Positions 29,819 to 39,031 of a DNA stretch of 64,000 nucleotides are shown one piece after another. The stretch is taken from positions 3,029 through 67,028 of the forward strand of contig JABIAL010000021.1 of the NCBI GenBank assembly GCA_018653315.1, read 5' to 3'. The notes under the pieces were generated by a model. It made no database searches. It was not told where the DNA came from and worked only from the letters and a program-made list of their open reading frames with translations. The translations under genes were made by a program, and so were the position numbers. The number at the start of each line of letters is the position of its first letter. The stretch's first letter is position 1. This DNA comes from a bacterium (GTDB taxonomy: Bacteria; Patescibacteriota; Patescibacteriia; UBA1558; GWA2-36-10).

Positions 29819-30411
29819 AAAAAATAGTTCTCACTGGCGGTCCATGTGGAGGAAAGACTACTTTTCTCGAGGCTCTAGAAAAAGAGCTTGGTGCAAATAT
29901 TATTATTGTGCCAGAAGCAGCGACTATTTTGTTGAGTGGTGGTTTTTTGGAACCGAACAAAGACATTTCTTGGTCTGAAGATTGGCAAACAGCATTTGAA
30001 TACGCTGTTTTTCATTTGCAAAAATCTCTTGAAGAAACAGCTATACTACAGGCTAAAGAAAAGGGAATCTCTGTGTTAGTTTGTGATCGAGGCTCTTTGG
30101 ACGCGGCGGTTTTTTTACCTGGAGGCTTGGGGCAAGCACAATTATTACTTAATCTTGATGTGACCAGTGAAAGATTACGATACCACGCAGTACTTCATTT
30201 AGAGTCTTTGGCAACAGCTGATTCAGATAAATATAGCTCAGCAGGTAACGGGCATCGTATTGAGTCATTAGAGCAAGCAAAGAAAATGGAATTACTCTCG
30301 CAAGAGGTTTGGTCGCAGCACAAAAATTATTTTTTTATTGACGGGCAAAGAAGTGTAGATAGTAAAATTGGAGAAGCTCTAGATTTAGTAAGAAAGATTT
30401 TAGACACGTAG
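29815..30411 (+). CDS. NadR/Ttd14-like AAA (P-loop) ATPase
   Basis: KIVLTGGPCGGKTT, VPEAAT and VCDRG motifs. Confidence 0.85.
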   Translation: MKKIVLTGGPCGGKTTFLEALEKELGANIIIVPEAATILLSGGFLEPNKDISWSEDWQTAFEYAVFHLQKSLEETAILQAKEKGISVLVCDRGSLDAAVFLPGGLGQAQLLLNLDVTSERLRYHAVLHLESLATADSDKYSSAGNGHRIESLEQAKKMELLSQEVWSQHKNYFFIDGQRSVDSKIGEALDLVRKILDT

Positions 30412-30476
30412 TAAGGATATAAAAGAAGATAAGTTTTTTAGTTTACATATTTTGCTATTTTTAGTATAATATAGTC

Positions 30477-31337
30477 ATGAAAAAAGTTCGTAAAGCAATT
30501 ATTGCTGTGGCTGGTTCCGGAACAAGATTGTTGCCAGCTACTAAATCAATGCCAAAAGAAATGTTGCCCATTGTTGATAAACCAATTATTCAACTTGTAG
30601 TTGAAGAGCTGGTTGCTGGAGGGATAGAAGATATAATTTTGGTTACAAAATGGGACAAAAAACCACTCGAAGACCATTTTGATTATTCATGGGCTTTAGA
30701 ACACGATTTAGCTGAATCGGGTAAGATGGCCAAGCTAAAAGAGATTAGAAAAATTTCTGAAATGGCAAATTTTATCTATATCCGCCAAAAAGGACCCTAT
30801 GGCAATGGTACCCCTGTTTTATCTGCAGCCAGTTTAGTTCAAGATGAGCCATTTATGTATGTTTGGGGAGATGATTTAGTTAAATCAAAAACATCATTTG
30901 CCAAACAAATGATTGATGACTATAACGAAACAGGCCATTTAATGATCGGGGTACAAAAAGTGCCACGTAATCAAGTTGATAGGTATGGAATCGTTAGTAT
31001 TAAAGATAGAAAAACCATGCAATTAGACGGCATCATTGAGAAGCCAAGTATAAAAGAAGCACCTTCTCAGCTAGCTGATTTTGGTCGGATGATTTTGAAT
31101 CAAGACATCATAGAAATACTTAAGAAGACAAGATTAGGAAAAGGCAATGAATTATGGATTGTTGATGCTATCCGTGACTACATTAAAGCGGGCGGAGAGT
31201 TTTACGCTAAAGAAGTACAAGATGGAGAATGGCTAACTACTGGGGATCCATGGAATTTGTTAAAAGCGAATTTAGAATATGCAAGTGACAGAAAAGATTT
31301 AAAGACTTTATTAAAGAGGTATTTAAAAAATTTATAA
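30477..31337 (+). CDS. galU: UTP-glucose-1-phosphate uridylyltransferase
   Basis: AGSGTRLLPATKSMPKEMLPIVDKP, IRQK and IIEKP motifs. Confidence 0.88.
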   Translation: MKKVRKAIIAVAGSGTRLLPATKSMPKEMLPIVDKPIIQLVVEELVAGGIEDIILVTKWDKKPLEDHFDYSWALEHDLAESGKMAKLKEIRKISEMANFIYIRQKGPYGNGTPVLSAASLVQDEPFMYVWGDDLVKSKTSFAKQMIDDYNETGHLMIGVQKVPRNQVDRYGIVSIKDRKTMQLDGIIEKPSIKEAPSQLADFGRMILNQDIIEILKKTRLGKGNELWIVDAIRDYIKAGGEFYAKEVQDGEWLTTGDPWNLLKANLEYASDRKDLKTLLKRYLKNL

Positions 31338-31340
31338 GCT

Positions 31341-32702
31341 ATGCCTAGACTGCGAATTCTTACTATTATTTTATTTGGAGTGTTCATCATGACCACTGGT
31401 TTTGGTTGTAAGCAAAGCATTACCAATAAAGAAGAGTTTAAGCCAATTTCTTTAGAGTATTGGGGAGTTTGGGATACGCCGGGGCAGATGGCTAGTGTAA
31501 TCAATGCTTATCAGGACACCCATCCAACTATTAAGGTGAGATACAAAAATTTTCGTTATGATGAGTATGAACAAAAATTATTAGAAGCAGCCTGGGAAGA
31601 CAGAGTGCCTGATTTGTTCATGATCCCTGTTTCTTGGTTACCAAAATATCAAGAGCGTTTACAGGCAATTCCAAAAAGCGTTAAAATTCCTATTTTAGAA
31701 ATGCAGGGCACTATTAAAAAAGAAGCCGTGCCAGTGTTAAAAACTATTAATAGTTTATCTTTGCGTGATATTAAAGATCGTTATGTTAGTGTTGTTTATG
31801 ATAATGTAATTAGAGAAGGAGAAATTTACGGCTTACCATATTCTGTTGATTCATTGGTTACTTTTTATAATTCAGATTTATTAACAGCTTCAAATATTCC
31901 CGAACCAATAGAAGATTTTCATGATTTAGTTGAACAGATTCAAAAAGATGGTCTTTCTAAGATAGGGACTGGCAATAGAATTATACAGGCTGGTGTAGCC
32001 ATGGGTGGCACAGATAACATTCCTCGTTTTTTTGATATCTTGTCCAGTATTATGATGCAAAATGATGTTGAGCTGAAAGGGAGTAATTTTAATCCCTTAC
32101 AAAGTAAGGACTCAACACGGTACATGGCAGAGGCAATTGGTTTTTATACAGATTTTGCTAATCCTAATAAGTCAGTATTTTCTTGGGATGATAGTTTACC
32201 AGACGCCTTTGAAATATTTACACAAGGTAAGTTAGCTTATTTTTTTGGTTATAGTTATCATGCTGACGAATTACGTAAACGAGGCGTCCAGTTTGATTGG
32301 GATATAACTAATTTTCCTAAAACCAGAGGTGCAGAGGGTGATAAATATTATAGCAATTATTGGATAAACGTTGTTCCGAAAAAATCAAAAAATAAAGACG
32401 CAGCTTGGAATTTTATTCAAAGTGCAACTAGTAAAGATTTGGTGGTTAATTATTTAGATACTAATAAAAAACCAACAGCCTTAAGAGCCTTAATAAAAGA
32501 TCAGTTAGAAGATGATGAGGTGAGAGTTTTTGCTTCACAAGTTTTAGCCGCAGATAATTGGTACAAGGGTTATGATCTTACAGCAGCAGAAATGTATATG
32601 GCAGATTTTATAGAAGACCTATTATCAGGAGAGCTTAATCTTGATGAAAGTGGTTTAGGGTTTTTGGTTCAGCGCATTCGCCGTACCTATCAAGCACGAT
32701 AA
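31341..32702 (+). CDS. extracellular solute-binding lipoprotein (sugar-binding SBP family 1-like)
   Basis: Lipobox GFGC; YGLPYSVDSLVTFYNSDLL and AAWNFI motifs. Confidence 0.85.
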   Translation: MPRLRILTIILFGVFIMTTGFGCKQSITNKEEFKPISLEYWGVWDTPGQMASVINAYQDTHPTIKVRYKNFRYDEYEQKLLEAAWEDRVPDLFMIPVSWLPKYQERLQAIPKSVKIPILEMQGTIKKEAVPVLKTINSLSLRDIKDRYVSVVYDNVIREGEIYGLPYSVDSLVTFYNSDLLTASNIPEPIEDFHDLVEQIQKDGLSKIGTGNRIIQAGVAMGGTDNIPRFFDILSSIMMQNDVELKGSNFNPLQSKDSTRYMAEAIGFYTDFANPNKSVFSWDDSLPDAFEIFTQGKLAYFFGYSYHADELRKRGVQFDWDITNFPKTRGAEGDKYYSNYWINVVPKKSKNKDAAWNFIQSATSKDLVVNYLDTNKKPTALRALIKDQLEDDEVRVFASQVLAADNWYKGYDLTAAEMYMADFIEDLLSGELNLDESGLGFLVQRIRRTYQAR

Positions 32703-32714
32703 TTTTTTAATAAT

Positions 32715-33677
32715 ATGAAAAAAGTATTAAACTTAGCAATTTTATTTTCTTTGTTAGCTATGCCAAGTATGGCTAGTGCTGGATTTTTGGATAAGTTAAG
32801 TTGCGTAAAAGGGGGGCTAAATTGTAGTCTTGATGAAGTAGCAACTAGTTTTGTTTTACTTACAAAATTTTTAATTAGCGCAATTGGTGTGGCAGCTCTA
32901 TTGTATTTTATTTGGGGTGGCGTCCAATTACTTACCTCTTATGGTAACATGGAAAGGATAAAGCGCGGACAACAAATAATGTGGCACACTATGTTTGCCA
33001 TGGTAATTACTTTTAGTAGTTTTTTATTAGTTGAATTTTTTATTAATGATATTTTAAATGCTGATGACCAGGTAGTTGCTATGTGCGGTACCGAGCCAAT
33101 ACACAAACAATGTAATGAGCATGAAAAAAATTATGTTTGCACTGGGCATCAATTTCCAATAGAGCAAGATGCTTACAATGGTTTATGTGTGCCAAAATGC
33201 CAATTACAAAATTGGCTAGAAGAAGATACTTGGTTGTGTCTTGATAAAAGTATCGCTGAAGATGTTGTTGGAGATGGTAAATTTGATGGTTGTTCAAATC
33301 CAAATGACCTATGTGTTAATGCAAATAAACTACCCATTAAAGAGTTAATTCAAGAGACTAATTCTTTAAATATTGATATTAATATAACTGAGTACGTTGG
33401 TTGTTGTGTGAATGGCATACAATCATGTATTACTAAAGAATCAGAAGTGGCTTGTCATAATCTTGATCCTAATGCTGCTTGGTTTAATGTTTCTTGTGAC
33501 GAGGTGGGAATGTGCCAAGATGGTTATCATGCTGATCCTGGTTGTTGCCTTGGTATTCAAGATGGTAATGTTGTAGAGTGTTTGGAAATAGAAATAGGGG
33601 TGTGTGCATGGGATGATGGTATAACAGCAGAATTTTATGCTGACACCACTTGTCCACCTGAACCGCCATGTTTATAA
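32715..33677 (+). CDS. VirB2/TrbC-like pilin with long Cys-rich C-terminal domain
   Basis: Signal peptide; pilin core FIWGGVQLLTSYGNMERIKRGQQ; many Cys downstream. Confidence 0.75.
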   Translation: MKKVLNLAILFSLLAMPSMASAGFLDKLSCVKGGLNCSLDEVATSFVLLTKFLISAIGVAALLYFIWGGVQLLTSYGNMERIKRGQQIMWHTMFAMVITFSSFLLVEFFINDILNADDQVVAMCGTEPIHKQCNEHEKNYVCTGHQFPIEQDAYNGLCVPKCQLQNWLEEDTWLCLDKSIAEDVVGDGKFDGCSNPNDLCVNANKLPIKELIQETNSLNIDINITEYVGCCVNGIQSCITKESEVACHNLDPNAAWFNVSCDEVGMCQDGYHADPGCCLGIQDGNVVECLEIEIGVCAWDDGITAEFYADTTCPPEPPCL

Positions 33678-33692
33678 TTTAATTCTTATAAT

Positions 33693-34043
33693 ATGTTAAA
33701 CAAAAAGAAAAATATTTTATTTACCTTGTTTTTATTGAGCGTACCTTGGTGTGTCCAAGCGGGCACGGCACTACATAATCCATTAGAGGGTAGTGCTAGT
33801 GATTTTCCAACATTAATTGGTGGTGTTATTAGAGGAATGTTGGGTGTAGTGGGGGCAGTAGCCTTAATTATGATTGTTATCGGAGGTATTACTTGGATGA
33901 CTTCATCTGGTAATGCTGATAGGGTACGCCGTGGCAAAGACACATTGGTTTGGGCGGTCATTGGTTTAACTGCTATATTTTTAAGTTACGCAGTTGTTAA
34001 TTTTATATTTGATGCCGTTGTTAGAGGTGGCTCAGGATCTTAG
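33693..34043 (+). CDS. VirB2/TrbC-like (CPR-type) pilin
   Basis: GGITWMTSSGNADRVRRGKDTLVWAVIGL core between two TMs. Confidence 0.85.
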   Translation: MLNKKKNILFTLFLLSVPWCVQAGTALHNPLEGSASDFPTLIGGVIRGMLGVVGAVALIMIVIGGITWMTSSGNADRVRRGKDTLVWAVIGLTAIFLSYAVVNFIFDAVVRGGSGS

Positions 34044-34114
34044 GTTGAATAAATGACATTTTTGTTTTATAATAATTGTATGAAATTATGTTTTTATAGA
34101 AAGGGGGTGAAAAA

Positions 34115-34462
34115 ATGAACAAAATAATTACAAGTTTATTATTGTTAGCTCCAATGGCCGCTTCAGCTGCTACCAATCCGTTTGGTGTTGATGATTTAAC
34201 ATCTACAGGCTTGGGTACACAAGATTTAAAGACAACCATTGCTAGTATTATTAATGTTGTTTTAGGATTCTTAGGAATCATCGCTACTTTAATTATTCTT
34301 TTAGGTGGTTTTAAATGGATGACCTCTCAAGGTAGTTCTGAAAAAGTAGATGAGGCTAAAAAACTTATCGGTGCTGGTGTTGTAGGATTAGTCATAGTAT
34401 TAGCAGCTTATGCTATTGCTAGATTTGTTTTGACAAATGTTTATGAGGCAACAACCGCATAA
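34115..34462 (+). CDS. VirB2/TrbC-like pilin (copy A)
   Basis: GGFKWMTSQGSSEKVDEAKK core; strong GGGGGTGA SD. Confidence 0.88.
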   Translation: MNKIITSLLLLAPMAASAATNPFGVDDLTSTGLGTQDLKTTIASIINVVLGFLGIIATLIILLGGFKWMTSQGSSEKVDEAKKLIGAGVVGLVIVLAAYAIARFVLTNVYEATTA

Positions 34463-34471
34463 CAGGCTTAT

Positions 34472-34520
34472 TATAGTCTAGACTATAGTAGGTCATGCAA
34501 GTGACCTACTAAAGTGTAGA
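34472..34520. other. intergenic hairpin / palindrome between pilin copies
   Basis: Perfect 16-nt palindrome TATAGTCTAGACTATA overlapping a TAGTAGGTCA/TGACCTACTA stem. Confidence 0.7.
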
Positions 34521-34559
34521 TTAAAATAGTACCGGTATAATAAATCAAAAAACAAACAG

Positions 34560-34904
34560 ATGAACAAAATAATTACAAGTTTATTATTACTAGCTCCGAT
34601 GGCCGCTTCAGCTGATCTTAGTGATCTTGGTTATGATGATTTAGATTCTGTACATTTGGGTACGCAAGATCTAAAGACAACTATTGCTAGTATTATTAAT
34701 GTAGTTTTAGGATTCTTAGGAATCATCGCTACTTTAATTATTCTTTTAGGTGGTTTTAAATGGATGACCTCTCAAGGTAGTACTGAAAAAGTAAGCGAAG
34801 CTAAAAATCTGATCGGCGCTGGTGTTGTAGGATTAGTCATAGTATTAGCAGCTTATGCTATTGCTAGATTTGTTTTACGAGAAGTTTATCAAGCAACTTA
34901 TTGA
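34560..34904 (+). CDS. VirB2/TrbC-like pilin (copy B, near-duplicate of A)
   Basis: Identical signal peptide and TMs to 34115..34462. Confidence 0.88.
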   Translation: MNKIITSLLLLAPMAASADLSDLGYDDLDSVHLGTQDLKTTIASIINVVLGFLGIIATLIILLGGFKWMTSQGSTEKVSEAKNLIGAGVVGLVIVLAAYAIARFVLREVYQATY

Positions 34905-34949
34905 TATATTTTAGCATAGTTTATATTAAGTATTTTTAACAAAATAAAC

Positions 34950-35324
34950 ATGAAACATAAAATATTTTTTACATTTTTGTTATTATTACCAATGCAAGCA
35001 GCTGCGTCAGCAGCGCAGGATGGATTAGATGCTGCCGCTGCCCAGGCTGGACTTAATACTGATCGTAGTGTTATTGATATGATTGCCATTGTGATTAATG
35101 CAATTTTGAGCTTGTTAGCAATGATTTTTATTGTGTTGATTATCTTAGGTGGTTTTCGTTGGATGACTTCAGCTGGAAATGCTACAAAGGTAGATTCTGC
35201 TAAACAGACTATATCAAATGCAGTTATTGGTTTAGTAATAGTTGTGGCTGCTTATGCTATTGCTACATTTGTATTAGGAGCAGTAGTTGGTAGTACTAGT
35301 GGCGGTGGAGTTACACAACCTTAA
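34950..35324 (+). CDS. VirB2/TrbC-like pilin
   Basis: GGFRWMTSAGNATKVDSAKQTISNAVIGL core. Confidence 0.87.
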   Translation: MKHKIFFTFLLLLPMQAAASAAQDGLDAAAAQAGLNTDRSVIDMIAIVINAILSLLAMIFIVLIILGGFRWMTSAGNATKVDSAKQTISNAVIGLVIVVAAYAIATFVLGAVVGSTSGGGVTQP

Positions 35325-35344
35325 TTTATTTTAAGTATAAAAAG

Positions 35345-35375
35345 AACCCGCGTTTGTTTTCAAACGCGGGTTTTT
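35345..35375. terminator. bidirectional terminator
   Basis: AACCCGCGTTTG/CAAACGCGGGTT perfect stem between convergent genes. Confidence 0.85.
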
Positions 35376-35390
35376 GATTCTTAGAGACGA

Positions 35391-36038
35391 TTACTCGATG
35401 CTAATCACCCAATCAACGAGCCGCCCGTTTAACTCGGCATCCTTTTTAATGTTATTGATGCGAGTTACATATTTCATCTTCCGGTTTTGGGAAGCATTGA
35501 TTGGCTGGTAATAAATGGTGATATTACCAGGTGTCATAGCGGTCATCTCGCTAACCTGGCCGACATTCAGAACACCATATTGATGTCCTTTACTGTCCCA
35601 GATACGACACTTCCAGCGTGTCGAATTGATGATTACACCACTTTGCAACACTATGTTGCGTAATAGCATCTCATCAATCCTGACGACCTGTACACCACCC
35701 CATCTGGCGGTGCGCTTGATCGGTGCCACAATTTCTTCGCTACTCCAACCATTTTCCTCCCACGTTTTGACCAGAATAGTGATCTGATCTCTTCTGGCGA
35801 TTGATTCACTGTGAGAGCATCCTGTGTTGAGTTCCATATAATGCATTCCTGGTTCTTGTTTGATGCGCACCATATAGCGTTCATCTTCGCTGGTGTTTTC
35901 AAATCTCCACTCAGATTTTTTTTCATCATAGTCTTCTCCACCATGATAGGCGGGTCGGACTGTTCCGGCGCAATTACTCAAAATCAGCATCATTGCTAAT
36001 AATGAACAAAAAGCCACCATTTTTTTCAGCGTTTTCAT
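35391..36038 (-). CDS. hypothetical lipoprotein
   Basis: Signal peptide with lipobox-like LSNC; GAGGAG SD; beta-rich body. Confidence 0.7.
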   Translation of the reverse strand: MKTLKKMVAFCSLLAMMLILSNCAGTVRPAYHGGEDYDEKKSEWRFENTSEDERYMVRIKQEPGMHYMELNTGCSHSESIARRDQITILVKTWEENGWSSEEIVAPIKRTARWGGVQVVRIDEMLLRNIVLQSGVIINSTRWKCRIWDSKGHQYGVLNVGQVSEMTAMTPGNITIYYQPINASQNRKMKYVTRINNIKKDAELNGRLVDWVISIE

Positions 36039-36088
36039 CTTGAACTCCTCTTCGTTGTTTTGTTATTATAGAACTTTATATTGTCTAT

Positions 36089-36117
36089 ATATTACCATAT
36101 TTTATAGATTTTGTCAA
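36089..36117 (-). promoter_or_regulatory. sigma70-like promoter
   Basis: TTGACA-17-TAATAT with extended TG. Confidence 0.7.
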
Positions 36118-36152
36118 TAGGTATCATTTTTTAGCTATGTTATAATTTAAAC

Positions 36153-38009
36153 ATGCTTTTTTTGTCTAAAATTCGCTTATTTATCGATAAATATAGTAAA
36201 CAACTACTATGGCTATTAATTATCGCCTACGGGCTATTTTTTGGCTATTTAAGCCTCTTAAAGCTTGATTATTTCATCTATAACAATTTTGATCTTAGTA
36301 TTTTTAACCAGGTTTTCTACAACACCCTAAATGGTAATTGGCTGGAGATGACTATTAATTTACACACTTATTTAGCTGATCATTTTACGCCAATTATTTT
36401 TTTACTATTACCAATCTATGCTTTAAAAATTGGCCCAGAAAATTTGTTAATCATCCAGTCTTTTTCTTTGGCTCTGGCTGCTTGGCCACTATATTTAATT
36501 ACTCACAAAGTTTCACGTAATAATTTATTAGCTTTAAGCGTGGCTATATTTTGGCTGTTAAATCCTTTTGTGCATTATGCTAATATCTATGAGTTTCATT
36601 TATTAACCCTTGCTCCATTTTTCTTTTTTTGGTGTTTTTATTTTTATCAAGAAAATAAATTTAAACCATTTATAGTTTTATTTGCCATAGCGTTATTAAT
36701 CAGAGAAGATGTTTCTTTATTCTTGTTAGGTTTTTCTATTTTAGCATTTTTAGATAAAAAAGATTGGCGTTGGAAGTATTTAGTACCCATCATTTCGTTG
36801 ATTTATTTTTTTGTCGCCTTACGAATAATAGATTATTTCTCTCCTGACGGAGCTTATAAATTTTTAGCTTATTATGGTTGGCTGGGAGGTTCGGATGTTT
36901 TATCCATTGCTTGGTCATTTGTTTCTCATCCTATTAAAGTCTTATTGCATGTCTTTAGTTGGCAAAATATAAGCAGTGCTTTAATTGTTTTATGGCCATT
37001 TTTATTTTTACCACTCTTAAAATCAAAGTACTTACTTTTATCTCTAGTGTCATTTTCAGCTACTCTTTTAACGGCTACTAGTTTTGCGTCAATTATATTT
37101 TATACGCACTACAGTTTATTTATTTTACCAAGTATCTTTATTTGCTTTATTTTTTCTTTGCACAGTTTGAAATTTTCTAAGCATAAAAGTTTTATTTATT
37201 TATTATTAGCTACCACGGTAATTTATCTAGCTATTTTCTTATCCCCTATAAAAAGTTTATTAACTTACCCATTTGATAAACAAGGGCTTGATTATCGACA
37301 AGAGGTCTTAGAACAAATTGGAGACCAAGCTACTATTGCGGCTAGCACATCATTTTTACCAGACTTAAGTAGCAGAGAAACAGTGTACCCTGTTAGTTAT
37401 AGTTATTTTGGTGGTGGTCAGTTTTTGATAGAAGATTTTGACTTACCACTAGTTGATTATATTTTAATAGATTATAAAAACTTTTTTGTAGATATGGCAG
37501 CTACTAATGCAACATTTTTTTCAACCGAAAGAAAGGTCATGATGAATAGTCGTTGGGGCGATAAACTACAAAAATATTCTTTAATTTGGGCCAAAAACGA
37601 TATTTTATTATTCCAGAATAAAGAACAGGTTGCAGAAGGTTTGTTTTTAACAGAAGTATTATCAGAACAAGAAGAACAGTTTAAAGACAATTATAATTTA
37701 ATTTTTGACAGTTATTTTGATAATCAAAATAATATTTTAGAGCTAAAGTTAAACTCCAACTTATTGTCAGATAAACATTTAATTCGTTTTTATCGTGATG
37801 ATTATTATTTTGATTTACCGCTAGCCTACTCTTTATTTTCGGCTGAGTCAGATGTTATTGATAAGACAATAATGGTGAAATATTATCTAAGTTCAGATGT
37901 TAAATCTTACCAGGTATTTACTTGGCAGGCTGAAAATATACTAGGGCTAGTTGGCGAGGCTTTATCTGATTTTAAATTGCAGTCAATAATTGATCAGACA
38001 TCATTATAA
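36153..38009 (+). CDS. DUF2079 / GT-C-like polytopic membrane protein
   Basis: FDLSIFNQ, LADHFTPI, YEFH and IREDV motifs. Confidence 0.82.
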   Translation: MLFLSKIRLFIDKYSKQLLWLLIIAYGLFFGYLSLLKLDYFIYNNFDLSIFNQVFYNTLNGNWLEMTINLHTYLADHFTPIIFLLLPIYALKIGPENLLIIQSFSLALAAWPLYLITHKVSRNNLLALSVAIFWLLNPFVHYANIYEFHLLTLAPFFFFWCFYFYQENKFKPFIVLFAIALLIREDVSLFLLGFSILAFLDKKDWRWKYLVPIISLIYFFVALRIIDYFSPDGAYKFLAYYGWLGGSDVLSIAWSFVSHPIKVLLHVFSWQNISSALIVLWPFLFLPLLKSKYLLLSLVSFSATLLTATSFASIIFYTHYSLFILPSIFICFIFSLHSLKFSKHKSFIYLLLATTVIYLAIFLSPIKSLLTYPFDKQGLDYRQEVLEQIGDQATIAASTSFLPDLSSRETVYPVSYSYFGGGQFLIEDFDLPLVDYILIDYKNFFVDMAATNATFFSTERKVMMNSRWGDKLQKYSLIWAKNDILLFQNKEQVAEGLFLTEVLSEQEEQFKDNYNLIFDSYFDNQNNILELKLNSNLLSDKHLIRFYRDDYYFDLPLAYSLFSAESDVIDKTIMVKYYLSSDVKSYQVFTWQAENILGLVGEALSDFKLQSIIDQTSL

Positions 38010-38041
38010 GTAGTATATTAATATATTTATTTAAATCAAAG

Positions 38042-38115
38042 AAAAAATCCCCACCGTTTCGGCTTTGCTCAAGATGGGGATTAAAAAATCCCCACCAGGC
38101 ATGGATGCGGGGATT
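38042..38115 (-). terminator. tandem duplicated terminator-like hairpins
   Basis: AAAAAATCCCCACC...GGGGATT occurs twice in tandem with different loops. Confidence 0.7.
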
Positions 38116-38323
38116 ATTATATCAAAATTTGATTTTTTTGACTGATTAATTAATGTAAATTACTATAGCAAACTTATCTTATTACGGATCATCATTTTCG
38201 TCAAGAAGCTTTTTCTATGTTTTATTAATGATTGATTTTTTCAGGGTTTTTTGCTAAGATGATAATAATGTACAGGCATAAATAGATAATATTTATGCTT
38301 TTAAATTGTTAAGCTTCCAATTT

Positions 38324-39031
38324 ATGAGCGGACATTCTAAATGGTCAACAATTAAACGCGCTAAAGATATTAAAGATGCCAAGCGTAGTAATTTATTTAC
38401 CAAGCTTTCTAAAAATATTGCTGTGGCGGCTCGTGGTAATCCTGATGTAGATACTAATTTTAAATTACGCATGGCCATTGATAAGGCTAAGGGCTTAAGT
38501 ATGCCCAGGGATAATATTGAGCGAGCTGTAAAAAAAGCTGCTGGTGTTAGCGGCGAAGGCGCAATTGATAGTTTATTATATGAAGCTTATGGTCCAGAAG
38601 GAGTGGCAATTATCATTGATGTTTTAACAGATAATAAAAACCGCACAGTTTCTAATATTAAACACATCATCACTAAGTGTGGTGGTAATTTAGGTAATAG
38701 TGGCAGTGTATTATGGATGTTTGAAATGAAGGGTGAAATTGCATTACTTAAGCCAGAGCTAGATGATGATCAAGAATTGGCTATTATAGAAGCCGGAGCA
38801 GAAGATATCATTAGGCATGATCAGCAAATAATAATAATTACCAATAAAGATGAGCTGTCTAAGCTTAAAGATAAATTGCAAACCTTAGATCTAGAAACTA
38901 GTAGTGCTGACATTGTTTATTTAGCCAAAGAAAAAGTACCAGTAAAAGATGAAGAAAGGCTTTTGAAGATTTTAGAGGCACTAGACGATGACGATGACGT
39001 TAATAATGTGTATACTAATGCTGACATCTAA
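38324..39031 (+). CDS. yebC: YebC/PmpR family protein
   Basis: MSGHSKWSTIKR start (ATG 38324), YEAYGPEG and TDNKNRT motifs. Confidence 0.95.
   Translation: MSGHSKWSTIKRAKDIKDAKRSNLFTKLSKNIAVAARGNPDVDTNFKLRMAIDKAKGLSMPRDNIERAVKKAAGVSGEGAIDSLLYEAYGPEGVAIIIDVLTDNKNRTVSNIKHIITKCGGNLGNSGSVLWMFEMKGEIALLKPELDDDQELAIIEAGAEDIIRHDQQIIIITNKDELSKLKDKLQTLDLETSSADIVYLAKEKVPVKDEERLLKILEALDDDDDVNNVYTNADI

Noticed and set aside
27917-30411. Integrated island or prophage at tRNA-Ser
   Set aside because: No integrase and no downstream duplicate of the tRNA 3' end seen.
34457-34560. Integron attC site after pilin A (GCATAAC plus hairpin)
   Set aside because: No matching GTTRRRY end in the spacer, no similar sites between other genes, and no intI.
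34115-34904. Diversity-generating retroelement TR/VR pair
   Set aside because: Differences between the pilin copies are not restricted to adenines, both are intact ORFs, and there is no reverse transcriptase in the window.
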